This document shows positions 8,224 to 18,511 of a stretch of 64,000 nt of DNA, one piece after another. Origin of the DNA: an uncultured Desulfospira sp. (GTDB lineage Bacteria > Desulfobacterota > Desulfobacteria > Desulfobacterales > Desulfobacteraceae); NCBI GenBank assembly GCA_963663165.1, contig OY760175.1:3680001-3744000 (forward strand), in the 5' to 3' direction. The translations under genes were made by a program, and so were the position numbers. The notes under the pieces were generated by a model. The model worked only from the letters and a program-made list of their open reading frames with translations. It was not told where the DNA came from and ran no database searches. Positions within the stretch are counted from its first letter, which is position 1. Every line of letters begins with the position of its first letter.

Positions 8224-10148
8224 CCCTTTTCCTCTGCCGGGATGGCACTGCCCCCGGATAAGGCCCTTTTTTTCTGCCGGACAGCCATGGCAGGGATGGC
8301 CACCAGGGTCGCCACCAGCAGTACCCGGGCCGGCAGGCTGTTGATCAGTTCCGGTTTTGCGCTCACCCAGGTGACGGCCAATGCAATGCCCAGCAGGCCC
8401 CATTTAGATATCAGTCCCAGCGGCTTTAAGAAATACCCGCTTAAGGCAGCGGCCAGCAGCGTGACCCCCAGGACCAGGGCAAGGAATACCGTTATAATTT
8501 CCGGAAGTGAGCCCTGCATCAAAAGGGCCGGGTTGAAAACAAACACATAGGGAATGATAAACCCGGCCATGGCCAGCTTAAAGGCTTCAAACCCGGTCTG
8601 AAGGGGCTTGGAACCGGCAATGGAGGCCGCGCAGAACGCCGGCACGCACACCGGCGGGGTCACCCCGGCCAGGACCGCGAAATAGTAGACAAACAGATGG
8701 GCCGGCAGCATGGCTGTGCCCATGGCCAGCAATGCGGGCCCCCCAATGGTGACGGCAATAATGTAGGCAGGGGTACAGGGAAGCCCCATGCCCATGACCA
8801 GGGAAGTGACCATGATCAACAGCAATGCCGGCAGCATCTGGCCGCCGGACCAGTTGGTGATGACCGTGGCAATGCCAAGGGCCAGGCCGGTATGTGTCAC
8901 AATAGCCACCACCATGCCGGCGCCGGCACAGGCCAGGGCAATCATGACCATGTTCTGGCCGGCCGCCTGAAGGGTCTGCCACACCCGTGCTGGTGTCATC
9001 CGGGTTTCCTTTTTCACAAAACTGACCAGAAAGGTGACAATAATGGCGGCGTTGGCGGCCAGAAAGGGCGAATACCCCTTAAGGAGCATGGCCACCAGAA
9101 GGATCATGGGCAGCAGCAGATAGGAATCCCTTAAAATCTGTTTAAACGGGACAAAGGTCTCCTCGCTGACCCCGGCAAGATTATGTTTTAAGGCCATAAA
9201 ATGAACCCGGACCACCATGCTCGCGTAAAGCAGCAAAGAGCCCAGTATGGCCGCAATGACAATCTTGATATAAGATACGCCCGTAATCTCCGCCATCACA
9301 AAGGCACCGGCCCCCATAACCGGCGGCATGAGCATGCCGCCGGTGGAGGCAGCCGCCTCAACCGCACCGGCAAACCGGGCCCGGTACCCGAGTTTTTTCA
9401 TCAAAGGAATGGTGAACACCCCTGTGGAATAAACATTGGCCGCAGCCACGCCGGAAATGGAACCGAACAGCCCGGAGGAGATCACCGCAATTTTGGCCGG
9501 CCCCCCATTGCTTTTTCCGGCAATCCGGCAGGCAAGATCCGTAAAGAACTGGCCGGTTTTGGTGGCCTCCATAAAGGCCCCGAAAATCACAAACAATGCC
9601 ACAAACGTGGCCGACACCCCGGTGATGGCCCCAAAAATACCGGCATCCGTAATCAGGTACTGCATTTCAATGATTTCGGCAAAACTGATGGGCTTGGCGT
9701 AAAATACCCCGGATAAATGGGGGGCCAGATAAAGGTAAACAAAAAACCCGGCGATCAGATATGCCATGGCCGGTACCACCGCCCGCCTTACCGCCTCTAA
9801 GAGCAGCACAATCATGATGCTGCCCAGAATCAGTTCCACGGTAGTGACCTCATCCACAAATTCCAGCCGCTCGGAAAGCCGGTCCTGGAACCAGACGACA
9901 TAAAGCGGCGGGATCACGGCTATCCCGGCCAGGATCCAGTCAATCCATCCCCAGAAGGAACGCTTTTTTCCCGCGAACGTGGGGAACAGTACAAAGGCGG
10001 CCGGCAAAAGGAACAGCAGATGGATTCCCCGCTGAATCCGGGGCATATAAATCCCCACAAATGCGGTATACAACTGAAAGGTCGCCGCCGCCACCAGCCA
10101 GCCGGCCATAAGTTTATCCAGCCAGGTATTTTTTTGTATCATTATCAT
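8220..10148 (-). CDS. TRAP transporter fused 4TM/12TM permease (TAXI type)
   Basis: 642-aa polytopic protein; GGPAKIAV, VEAAASTGGMLMPPVMGAGAF, GMGLP, TPPV. Confidence 0.9.
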   Translation of the reverse strand: MIMIQKNTWLDKLMAGWLVAAATFQLYTAFVGIYMPRIQRGIHLLFLLPAAFVLFPTFAGKKRSFWGWIDWILAGIAVIPPLYVVWFQDRLSERLEFVDEVTTVELILGSIMIVLLLEAVRRAVVPAMAYLIAGFFVYLYLAPHLSGVFYAKPISFAEIIEMQYLITDAGIFGAITGVSATFVALFVIFGAFMEATKTGQFFTDLACRIAGKSNGGPAKIAVISSGLFGSISGVAAANVYSTGVFTIPLMKKLGYRARFAGAVEAAASTGGMLMPPVMGAGAFVMAEITGVSYIKIVIAAILGSLLLYASMVVRVHFMALKHNLAGVSEETFVPFKQILRDSYLLLPMILLVAMLLKGYSPFLAANAAIIVTFLVSFVKKETRMTPARVWQTLQAAGQNMVMIALACAGAGMVVAIVTHTGLALGIATVITNWSGGQMLPALLLIMVTSLVMGMGLPCTPAYIIAVTIGGPALLAMGTAMLPAHLFVYYFAVLAGVTPPVCVPAFCAASIAGSKPLQTGFEAFKLAMAGFIIPYVFVFNPALLMQGSLPEIITVFLALVLGVTLLAAALSGYFLKPLGLISKWGLLGIALAVTWVSAKPELINSLPARVLLVATLVAIPAMAVRQKKRALSGGSAIPAEEKG

Positions 10149-10190
10149 GCCTTTGAAGGGGGCAAGGCCCGGCCTTTGCCCCTAGGGTCA

Positions 10191-11216
10191 TTAATTCATA
10201 AACCCTGCATCTTTATAATATTTTTCAGCACCGCTGTGCAGGGGAACCGCCACATTTTTCCAACCGGTTTCGGGAACAAACAGCTTGTTGGCCGGATTGA
10301 TCTTGTACAATTCATCTTTGTTTTCGCAGATGGTTTTGATGATGGTGTAGGCCACGTTTTCAGGCACGTCTTTGTTAACCAGCAGTTCGCCGGCGCTGAC
10401 CACGGTGGACACATCCGCCTCCTGCCCGCTGTAAGTGCCTTTGGGAATGACGGTTTTGCCCGTATCCTTTCCCAGGGTGCCCAGGTCGGTGTGCAGCTTT
10501 TCAATGCATTCATCGGACAGTGAGACCAGTGTGGAATCCCGGCTTACGGTCATTTCCGTAATGGCCGCCCCGGGAAGTGCCAGATGGGTAAAGACAAAGT
10601 CTACATGCGTGTCCTTGTAAAGGTTGACCATATCCGAGTAAACCGCATTAAACACCTTTCCGCCGGCATCCTTTATCTGATCAAAGGAAATGCCGTAAAA
10701 TCCCAGGATGGCTTCCATGAGCGGCAGGTCCGAGGTCCCTTTCATGGGAGCTGCCACCTTGATGGCCTTGCCGGCCTTGATCATATCGGCCAGCTGGCCC
10801 ATGGTGGAAACCCCCATTTTCTGTGAGGCCAGTACGTGAATGTGATAAATACCAAAAATCCCCCCTAAAGAGCGCACATCGGGATTGGGGCTTTTATAAA
10901 CCGGTGCCAGGCCTTTGAGCGCCATTTTATCCACAAAGGTGATGCCCCAGCCAATATCATCCTTGTGGCGGGACACCCGGACCGGGTTGACCACGCCGCC
11001 GCCGGGCACGACCTTGAGAATGACGTTGGGTTCAGCCTCGGCAATCATTCTGGCAATACCGCCGGCCTGGACATACCATCCGCCGCCGACCCCTCCGGCT
11101 GCCCAGGTCATGGTTACCGGTTCGGTAACCTTCAGATCTGAAGCGACGGAAATGCCTGTAAAAGTAAAAAGGCAGACCGCCAGAAGACACCGGATGTAAG
11201 TTAGTACGCTTTTCAT
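10191..11216 (-). CDS. TAXI-family TRAP solute-binding protein
   Basis: Signal peptide; GGVGGGWY, IPKGTY, VPLHSGAEKYY; GGAGG RBS before ATG 11216. Confidence 0.9.
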   Translation of the reverse strand: MKSVLTYIRCLLAVCLFTFTGISVASDLKVTEPVTMTWAAGGVGGGWYVQAGGIARMIAEAEPNVILKVVPGGGVVNPVRVSRHKDDIGWGITFVDKMALKGLAPVYKSPNPDVRSLGGIFGIYHIHVLASQKMGVSTMGQLADMIKAGKAIKVAAPMKGTSDLPLMEAILGFYGISFDQIKDAGGKVFNAVYSDMVNLYKDTHVDFVFTHLALPGAAITEMTVSRDSTLVSLSDECIEKLHTDLGTLGKDTGKTVIPKGTYSGQEADVSTVVSAGELLVNKDVPENVAYTIIKTICENKDELYKINPANKLFVPETGWKNVAVPLHSGAEKYYKDAGFMN

Positions 11217-11372
11217 AAAACCTCCTTTAATGATGTTATTTAATACTCGCATCACCGGCCGCACCGAAAAAAAATGCCCGGCCTGATAACCCTTAACTGA
11301 CTTGACAACCATCCGGGCACCGTTCATGATGTCTGACCCGTATGGAGGTGAAACAAAATTGTGCTGTATATT

Positions 11373-11406
11373 TGTTATTAATTATGTAATAACATTTTTA
11401 ATAACA
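11373..11406. promoter_or_regulatory. Candidate GntR operator (TGTTATTA-N6-TAATAACA plus a third half-site)
   Basis: Inverted repeat in the divergent intergenic region between the TAXI gene and the GntR gene. Confidence 0.4.
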
Positions 11407-11566
11407 AAACATTTCACACAAAATAACCGGATTGTCAAGGAAACGATGTTGTTTTATAGGAAAGCCTCCCCAACGACTTGAGATGACTTTCAATACTTGT
11501 TATGGGCGGTTCCCGCCTGGATAGCCGGGGCAGTCCATGGCGGTTATGTGTAATAAACGAGGGAAT

Positions 11567-12301
11567 ATGAAACCAAACACCAGGCGGCCGGACAGGCAGG
11601 ACCATTCGGATCTGACCAGCAAGGCATACCAGGCCATACGCCACATGCTTTTTTGCAATCAGATCATGCCCGGCCAGAAAATTAAATACAGGGATCTGGC
11701 CGCCTTAATCGGCGTGAGCATGACCCCGGTGATCCAGGCCCTCAAATGGCTTGAATTCCGCAACATTGTCCGCCATGAGCCCAATAAGGGATATTATGTC
11801 AATGAAGTCAGTTCGACGGAGATCAGGGAGATTTATGATACACGGCTTCTCATTGAGGTTTCCCTGGTGCCGGATATCATGACACATATGGATGAGAAAG
11901 GCATTGAAACCCTTAAACACGCCCACACATCCTATGCCCGGGCGGTAGACGAAAACAAGCACACCAGCCGCATGATCACGGACATGAATTTTCACATGGC
12001 CCTGGCATCCCTGTCCGGATGCCGGATACAGCTGAAGATGCTGGATGAGCTTTTTGACGTACTCTTGCTCAGGTACAACCGGGATCTGTTTTTTTTAAGC
12101 CTGATGGAAACGTCTTTGGAAGAGCATGCCACTATTTTAAAAGGATTAGAGGAAAAAGATGAGCAGCAGGTGACAAACACCCTTCACCATCACATCAAAG
12201 TGGTCCGGGACCACATCATTGAGGGCATGGAGCGACTGTCTGCGGATGAGACTGAGCGGCTTTCTGTAAGTATGGTAAACATGGGCTCATCGGTCAAATA
12301 G
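11567..12301 (+). CDS. GntR-family transcriptional regulator (FCD domain)
   Basis: wHTH (PGQKIKYRDLAALIGVSMTPVIQAL) followed by FCD (FHMAL, EEHATIL). Confidence 0.9.
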   Translation: MKPNTRRPDRQDHSDLTSKAYQAIRHMLFCNQIMPGQKIKYRDLAALIGVSMTPVIQALKWLEFRNIVRHEPNKGYYVNEVSSTEIREIYDTRLLIEVSLVPDIMTHMDEKGIETLKHAHTSYARAVDENKHTSRMITDMNFHMALASLSGCRIQLKMLDELFDVLLLRYNRDLFFLSLMETSLEEHATILKGLEEKDEQQVTNTLHHHIKVVRDHIIEGMERLSADETERLSVSMVNMGSSVK

Positions 12302-12435
12302 GAAAAGTACAAAAGGGCTGCTCTTGTTCCTGTTCCGCCCTGGCCTTTATATGATTATCAAATCTACTATTGACCCTTGCTACATAAATGGAGACAAAAT
12401 CACGATTAAGGGTCAAAGGCAGACCCCTTTTCAAA

Positions 12436-12831
12436 TCACTGCCATGGGATCAAGTCGGTTTTGGAAAAATCCTCCCCTTTATACAGCAGGGGCAGATTCC
12501 GAGCTTTGGCCAAAGCGTAGGAAAAAAGGTCGCCATAATTGAGCCTGGCAGGATGCCTGCCTTTTCCGAAACGCTCATAGGCCAGAGAAGCTATCATCAT
12601 CTGTTGTTTGTTAACCGGAACAACCTCGAATAATGGCAGGGCCAGCAACCGGTTCAGGCGAAGAATCCCCTCTGTTCCAAATTTTGCAGTAACAACGATA
12701 TGCAGCTCAACACCGGTAGCCGCGCTGATAAACACTTTACCGGCATTTATAAGGGCATTTTGAAACCAACCGGCATCCGGCTCCCTTAAAAATATAGCCA
12801 AAAACGCCGAGGTGTCTGCAACCATACTCAT
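12436..12831 (-). CDS. vapC: Type II TA toxin VapC (PIN domain)
   Basis: VADTSAFLAI, GKGRHPARLNYGDLFSYALA, LLYKGEDF. Confidence 0.9.
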   Translation of the reverse strand: MSMVADTSAFLAIFLREPDAGWFQNALINAGKVFISAATGVELHIVVTAKFGTEGILRLNRLLALPLFEVVPVNKQQMMIASLAYERFGKGRHPARLNYGDLFSYALAKARNLPLLYKGEDFSKTDLIPWQ

Positions 12832-13079
12832 GCCAGGCCATCCCCATCATAGCCGAGTATTTCGTCAGGTTCCCGTGTATCCAGTTCCGGAAGTTGTGAA
12901 AATTCATCAAACAGACGCAGGGCTTCTTGAATGGCGCCGTCACTGCTTTGGTCCGTGCCATGATTTTTAAGGTAATAATCCAGAGCCTTTTCAACGGCAG
13001 CGGTTTTATTGATTCCAAGAATACGGCCAGCCTGAATGGCTTTTTGTTCCACTCTTTGATTTGCAATATTAAGGGCCAT
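12828..13079 (-). CDS. vapB: Type II TA antitoxin VapB (Rv0623-like)
   Basis: MALNI..NKTAAVEKAL..DEILGYDGDGL; ATGA overlap with vapC. Confidence 0.85.
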   Translation of the reverse strand: MALNIANQRVEQKAIQAGRILGINKTAAVEKALDYYLKNHGTDQSSDGAIQEALRLFDEFSQLPELDTREPDEILGYDGDGLA

Positions 13080-13099
13080 AGGGTATCTCCATTTTTATG

Positions 13100-13117
13100 T
13101 ATGATATGTATATCATA
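13100..13117. promoter_or_regulatory. Probable vapBC autoregulatory operator palindrome
   Basis: TATGATAT-gt-ATATCATA ~20 bp upstream of vapB. Confidence 0.5.
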
Positions 13118-13183
13118 TACATACATTTTTTTCTGTCAAGATGCTTCGAATCTTTACAGTTAATTTTTTAATAAAGGCTGTTT

Positions 13184-13705
13184 CAATGTCATTAACTTAA
13201 GCGTTTTCATCACTATAAATTGGGACGGCTCCTATTAACGGCAGCCGCCTTGGTTATCCAACCAAGAGCCGCCCACAACAAATATTGAAAGTCTTCTCAG
13301 GCCGTTTATATGAAAGAATCTGCAAGCTGCTGTAATTCTTTCATGCTTTGTTGTGGGCCGAACCGGATTAACAATCCAATCGGCCCCGGTTTCTGCCCTT
13401 TAGGGTATGGCCGTTAGTGAAACTTTCTTATAAAAAACATCATGAAGAGCACACCTCCCAATGCCTGACCCTGTCCGTTGCTCTCTGTGAAGTTTGGCGC
13501 AGCCAAACCTCGGTGTCCTCTGTGGTTTAAAAACATGAAATCCCAAAGGGATTTCATGTTTTTCTTGAAATTCCTGGTTTGTGAAATCAGCGGGCTTCGC
13601 CCGCATTTTCTATTTAACCACAGAGAGAATAGAGGTTTGGCTTGCGCCAAACTACACAGAGGAGACCTGCAAATAACATACGCGATGCTTAAGTTAATGA
13701 CATTG
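13184..13705. mobile_element. Non-autonomous MITE with IS4-family-like ends, 522 bp
   Basis: Perfect 19-bp TIR CAATGTCATTAACTTAAGC (13184-13202 and 13687-13705); perfect 10-bp TSD AAGGCTGTTT (13174-13183 and 13706-13715); no transposase. Confidence 0.85.
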
Positions 13706-13795
13706 AAGGCTGTTTAATTGTGGCGTAAAACCGATTCCCGGCCAGGGCTATGTAAAGGGGTCAAAGGCAGACTTGACCTCTTTTCCTTTTCCTCA

Positions 13796-14656
13796 TCAGA
13801 TGGCAACAACCCCTTCAAAGACCAGGCGGGCCGGGCCGGTCTTATAAACATGACCGGTGTCTTTGTCCCAGGAAATATCAAGGTCCCCGCCGTCCAGATG
13901 GACCCGGGCATGATCATGGATTCTGCCCGTGAGAATGGCCGCCACAACACTTGCACAGGCCCCGGTGCCGCAGGCCAGTGTCACCCCGGCACCCCGCTCC
14001 CAGACCTTCATCCTTAATTCCTCTTTTCCCATGACCTCAATAAATTCCACGTTGGTTTTTTCGGGAAACCGGGGATGGGTTTCAATTTTCCGGCCAATGG
14101 TGCTGATATCCACCCCGGACAGATCGTCCACAAAAAGGACCGCGTGGGGGTTTCCCATGGACACGGCCGTGATCTGAACATGGTGGCCGCTGCCAAGGTC
14201 AAGGTTTTCTTCCAGGGCCGTTTCATGGCCACCGTCCCGTATAAACGGAATGTTTTCCGGTGTTAAAACGGGCTTTCCCATATCCACCTGAACGGAAACC
14301 ACCTGGTTGTTGTCATCGGCCAGGATTTTCGGGACAATGGTGCCGGCCTGTGTGGCCACCCGCATTTGAGTCTTTTGGATCACCTTTGTTTCATACAGGT
14401 GCTTTGCAAAGCAGCGCATGCCGTTGCCGCACATCTGGGCCTGGGAGCCGTCGCAGTTATAAATGATAAACTCAATGTCATGGTCCGGGCTGTCCCCGGC
14501 CAGAATAATGCCGTCGGCCCCGATGCCAAAATGCCGGTCGCACAATTTCAAAGCCAGGTCAGCACAGGATATCTGCTGCCGGATCTCACCGCTTCGATCG
14601 TCCATGATAACAAAATCGTTGCCAAGGCCTTCCATTTTTACAAAAGAGATATTCAC
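13796..14656 (-). CDS. dapF: Diaminopimelate epimerase
   Basis: KMEGLGNDF, MCGNGMRC, SMGNPH, ERGAGVTLACGTG. Confidence 0.97.
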   Translation of the reverse strand: MNISFVKMEGLGNDFVIMDDRSGEIRQQISCADLALKLCDRHFGIGADGIILAGDSPDHDIEFIIYNCDGSQAQMCGNGMRCFAKHLYETKVIQKTQMRVATQAGTIVPKILADDNNQVVSVQVDMGKPVLTPENIPFIRDGGHETALEENLDLGSGHHVQITAVSMGNPHAVLFVDDLSGVDISTIGRKIETHPRFPEKTNVEFIEVMGKEELRMKVWERGAGVTLACGTGACASVVAAILTGRIHDHARVHLDGGDLDISWDKDTGHVYKTGPARLVFEGVVAI

Positions 14657-14670
14657 GGGTTTATCTGCCT

Positions 14671-15792
14671 TTAATTAATTGCGTTTAGGATCTCCTGGCC
14701 CAGGGCATGCTTCTGCCAGTTCCTGAGACCGGATACGGCATCCAGGCTTTCCAGGCTGCCGGGCGGGTCAAAGGCCAGCCGGGTAATGAGTGCATTGTTA
14801 ATTAAAAACCCCGGCTCCATCCCCAAAGAGGTGCTCTGTTTTTCCCTCATGGTCTTCAACTTGCCAATGCGCTGCTGGACCGCCGGGGTTTTCCGCTTTG
14901 ACACGGTTTTGGGATAAGCGGGCAGTTCCCGGTGGGCTAGGGCCAACGCTCTGGATACGGCCTTGCGGCACTGGTCTCCGTACATGGATGCCTGTTTTTT
15001 GCTCAAGACTTTTTGGGCCACCATCTGTTCGACATTTTGGGGTTTTAAATGGGTCAATGCCAGAATAGACTGGTTGGACATGATTTTAAACGGGGGAACA
15101 TCTTTTTTTTCCGCCACTTTGAGCCTGAGTTCCAATAAATTTTCAAGGATGGCCAGGCTCCGGTTGTCCAGTTTTCCGGCCCCTTTAAATTTTTTAAAAA
15201 AGGGTGGCTGGTGGTTGCATTCATATCTGACCTGGGCCTGGAGTTCAAACTCTTCCCGGGCCCAGGAGAGCCGGCCGATCTTTTCTAATTTTGTTTTTAA
15301 TATATCATATAAGGCAATGAGATGGGCCACATCCCCCACGGAATAGGCAATCATCTCTGGGGACAGCGGCCGTCTGGACCAGTCCTGCCGCTGGAAGCGC
15401 TTGTCCACATGAATATTAAAATGGGCTTTTAACAAAGGGGCCAGCCCCCGTTCTTTCACATTCAAAAACCGGCAGGCAATTTCCGTGTCAAACAAATTTT
15501 TCATCTGAACCCCCAATTCCCGGTCCAGGCTTCTGACATCAAAATCCGACCCGTGAAAGACCTTGACCACCGAAGGGGATTCTAAAACTTTCACAAAAGG
15601 GTCCCACGCAGTTATGACAAAGGGATCAATCAGATAAGCCTGATCAAGAGAAGCGATCTGAACCAGGCAGATCTTTTCTTTGAAACTGTGGAGCGAATCC
15701 GCCTCAAGGTCCACAGCAATAATATTTTCCAGCGCCAAACCTGCACAGACCTGGGACAGTTCCTGATCAGACTCAATAAACTTAAAATTCAA
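14671..15792 (-). CDS. rnd: Ribonuclease D (3'-5' exonuclease + HRDC)
   Basis: AVDLEADS, FDTEIA, DWSRRPLS, YSVGDV; HRDC-like C-terminus; TTG start. Confidence 0.9.
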   Translation of the reverse strand: MNFKFIESDQELSQVCAGLALENIIAVDLEADSLHSFKEKICLVQIASLDQAYLIDPFVITAWDPFVKVLESPSVVKVFHGSDFDVRSLDRELGVQMKNLFDTEIACRFLNVKERGLAPLLKAHFNIHVDKRFQRQDWSRRPLSPEMIAYSVGDVAHLIALYDILKTKLEKIGRLSWAREEFELQAQVRYECNHQPPFFKKFKGAGKLDNRSLAILENLLELRLKVAEKKDVPPFKIMSNQSILALTHLKPQNVEQMVAQKVLSKKQASMYGDQCRKAVSRALALAHRELPAYPKTVSKRKTPAVQQRIGKLKTMREKQSTSLGMEPGFLINNALITRLAFDPPGSLESLDAVSGLRNWQKHALGQEILNAIN

Positions 15793-15956
15793 TCTTTTTA
15801 TTTTCCCTTGATTGTTTATACCACATCTTTTAGAATTTTCTTTTTTAAACCGTCAACCCCTAAAGAGAAGAAGCCGGACGGACCCGGGGATTATTACCCC
15901 CTTTTTTTTCCGCCCACAACATATATAAATATCACATCAAACAATGGAAGTTTAAG

Positions 15957-17867
15957 ATGATTAGCATAACATTTCCGGACAAGACGATAAAGGAATTTGA
16001 AAATATCCCCACCGGCATGGATGTGGCCAAAAGCATTTCCGAAGGATTTGCCAGAAACTGCGTGGCCATGAGAATTGACGGGAACCTTCTGGACCTGAGC
16101 CGGGAAATCCAACAGGATTCATCAATTGAATTTATAACTGTCAACGATGAGGAAGGTCTTGATATCCTGCGTCATTCCACAGCCCATGTCATGGCCGAGG
16201 CGGTTTTAAATATCTACCCGGATGCCAAACTGACCATCGGCCCGGTGGTGGAAGACGGATTCTACTACGACATTAAAATGGAACCGGTTTCCGAAGAGGC
16301 CTTTCCCGCCATTGAGTCGGAGATGCAAAAAATCATCAAGGCCAAGGCCGGCTTTGAACGGCAGGTGGTGTCTAAGGATCAGGCCCTTGAGATTTTCAAG
16401 GACAATCCGTTCAAACTCGAACTCATCAACGAGCTGGCCGACCAGGAGATTTCCCTTTACCAAAACGGCAAATTCATTGACCTTTGCCGGGGACCCCATA
16501 TCCCCCATACCGGTATGATCAAGGGCGTTAAGCTGCTGAAAATCTCCGGGGCATACTGGCGGGCGGACCAGGAAAGGGAACAGCTTCAGCGGCTTTACGG
16601 CATCTCCTTTTTTGACAAAAAAGAACTCAATAAGTACCTGCACATGATTGAAGAGGCCCAGAAACGGGACCACAGAAAACTGGGCACCAAACTGGACCTT
16701 TACTCCTTTCATGACGAGGCCGCCGGCATGCCCTTCTTCCACGCCAATGGCATTGAGATCTGGAATGCTCTTTTGGCATACTGGAGGGAAGAACATAAAA
16801 AAGACGGGTATGTGGAAACCAAAACCCCCATCATGCTCAACCGGAAATTGTGGGAACAATCCGGCCACTGGGAAAATTACCGGGAAAACATGTACACATC
16901 GGTCATTGATGATGAAGAGTACGCCATCAAACCCATGAACTGCCCCGGGGGCATGCTGCTCTACAAGACCAAAGCCTACTCTTACCGGGATCTGCCCCTG
17001 CGGGCCGGGGAGATCGGGCTGGTTCACCGGCATGAACTGTCCGGTGCCCTGTCCGGGCTGTTCAGGGTCAGGGCCTTTCACCAGGACGATGCCCATATTT
17101 TCATGACCGCAGACCATATCAGAAAAGAGGTTATGGGCGTTCTTAAACTGGCCAAACGGATTTACAGCCGGTTCGGCCTGACCTTTCATCTGGAACTGTC
17201 CACCCGGCCCAAAAAATCAATCGGCACGGACGAACAATGGGAAGAGGCCACCAACGGCCTTCGCGGTGCCCTGGACGAATACGGCCAGGAATACTTCATC
17301 AATGAAGGGGACGGTGCGTTTTACGGGCCCAAAATTGATGTCCACATCAAGGATGCCCTGGGCAGAACCTGGCAGTGCGGCACCATTCAGCTGGACATGG
17401 CGCTGCCCGAACGGTTTGACTTAACCTACAAGGGCCAGGACAATGAAAAGCACCGGCCCATCATGGTTCACCGGACCATATTCGGTTCTCTGGAGCGGTT
17501 TTTCGGTATTCTTGTGGAACATTTTGCCGGAAAGTTCCCCTTATGGATGGCCCCTGTCCAGGCGATTTTACTGCCCATCAACCAGGATCTGGCCGGGTAT
17601 GCCGAATCCGTAAGAGAAAAACTGGATGAGGCCGGGATCCGGTGTGAGGTGGATAAAAGAAGTGAAACCTTAAAGAAAAAAATCCGGGAAGCCCAGCTGA
17701 ACTATGTGCCCCTGATCATTACCATCGGGGACAAGGAAAAAGAAAGCGGGACCCTGTCTGTCCGGACCCTGGACGGCAAGGTCCGCATGGGGCTTTCCAT
17801 GGATGAATTCACCACCCCGGTTCTGAAACATATCAAGAACAGGACCCTGGATGAATCAATTTTTTAG
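15957..17867 (+). CDS. thrS: Threonine--tRNA ligase
   Basis: RHSTAH, DLCRGPH, RDHRKLG, KPMNCP, GAFYGPK, WQCGTIQLD. Confidence 0.99.
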   Translation: MISITFPDKTIKEFENIPTGMDVAKSISEGFARNCVAMRIDGNLLDLSREIQQDSSIEFITVNDEEGLDILRHSTAHVMAEAVLNIYPDAKLTIGPVVEDGFYYDIKMEPVSEEAFPAIESEMQKIIKAKAGFERQVVSKDQALEIFKDNPFKLELINELADQEISLYQNGKFIDLCRGPHIPHTGMIKGVKLLKISGAYWRADQEREQLQRLYGISFFDKKELNKYLHMIEEAQKRDHRKLGTKLDLYSFHDEAAGMPFFHANGIEIWNALLAYWREEHKKDGYVETKTPIMLNRKLWEQSGHWENYRENMYTSVIDDEEYAIKPMNCPGGMLLYKTKAYSYRDLPLRAGEIGLVHRHELSGALSGLFRVRAFHQDDAHIFMTADHIRKEVMGVLKLAKRIYSRFGLTFHLELSTRPKKSIGTDEQWEEATNGLRGALDEYGQEYFINEGDGAFYGPKIDVHIKDALGRTWQCGTIQLDMALPERFDLTYKGQDNEKHRPIMVHRTIFGSLERFFGILVEHFAGKFPLWMAPVQAILLPINQDLAGYAESVREKLDEAGIRCEVDKRSETLKKKIREAQLNYVPLIITIGDKEKESGTLSVRTLDGKVRMGLSMDEFTTPVLKHIKNRTLDESIF

Positions 17868-17949
17868 ACGGTGCGGCCGGGCAGCTCGTTAGAGAAGCTT
17901 CAGCTCACAAATTCACCCATCTGCTGCCTTACGTCTCCAGGTATTTTAA

Positions 17950-18384
17950 ATGAAGCTATTGTCTAAAACAGACATTATCGGGCCGGCCAAAAGGGGCGGC
18001 CCGGTTGACCCTTTCCGGCTCAACCTGTATTACAGGCTTCCTGTAATTCTGCTGTGCGGGTTTATCTTTTTGCAGTCCTGTTTCTCTTTTTCTTATACCC
18101 CGCCCCTGTTTGAACATGAAGACAAGGTCAAGCATTTCCTGGCCTATGGGGTGCTGGCCTTTCTGGCGGCCCGCTGGATCATGCAGGGAAAAATAAAATT
18201 AACCCTTTTAAAAATCCAGGTTCTGGCCTTTGCCTTCACTGTGCTTTACGGCCTGTCCGATGAATTCCACCAGTCTTTTGTTCCCGGCCGGTATGCGTCA
18301 GGCCTGGACCTTGTGGCCGATGCCGTTGGTGCCCTATTCGGGGCATGGATTTTCGGATGGCTGCGAAGAAAATTGAACCCATAA
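17950..18384 (+). CDS. VanZ-like membrane protein
   Basis: DKVKHFLAYG, DEFHQSFVPGR, DLVAD. Confidence 0.85.
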   Translation: MKLLSKTDIIGPAKRGGPVDPFRLNLYYRLPVILLCGFIFLQSCFSFSYTPPLFEHEDKVKHFLAYGVLAFLAARWIMQGKIKLTLLKIQVLAFAFTVLYGLSDEFHQSFVPGRYASGLDLVADAVGALFGAWIFGWLRRKLNP

Positions 18385-18511
18385 CGAAACAGAAAACAAA
18401 TTATACAATCACCCCAAAAAAATGTATGATGACCTATTTTAGACTTTAGACTTGGGACTTTAGAAAAGTGATCCTAGGGCTGTCTCAAGTTTTTAAAAAA
18501 GGAGGGAAAAA

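Noticed and set aside
3387..13705. Possible CRISPR arrays among the palindromic repeats
   Set aside because: No regularly spaced identical repeats with unique spacers, and no cas genes in the window.
15886..15910. Short hairpin plus T-run upstream of thrS as a T-box or attenuator
   Set aside because: No T-box consensus, the leader is too short for stem I, and the stem is weak.
16206..17189. Long antisense ORFs (also 33517-34500, 45571-46608, 56589-57440)
   Set aside because: Shadows of well-supported genes on the opposite strand, with no motifs of their own.
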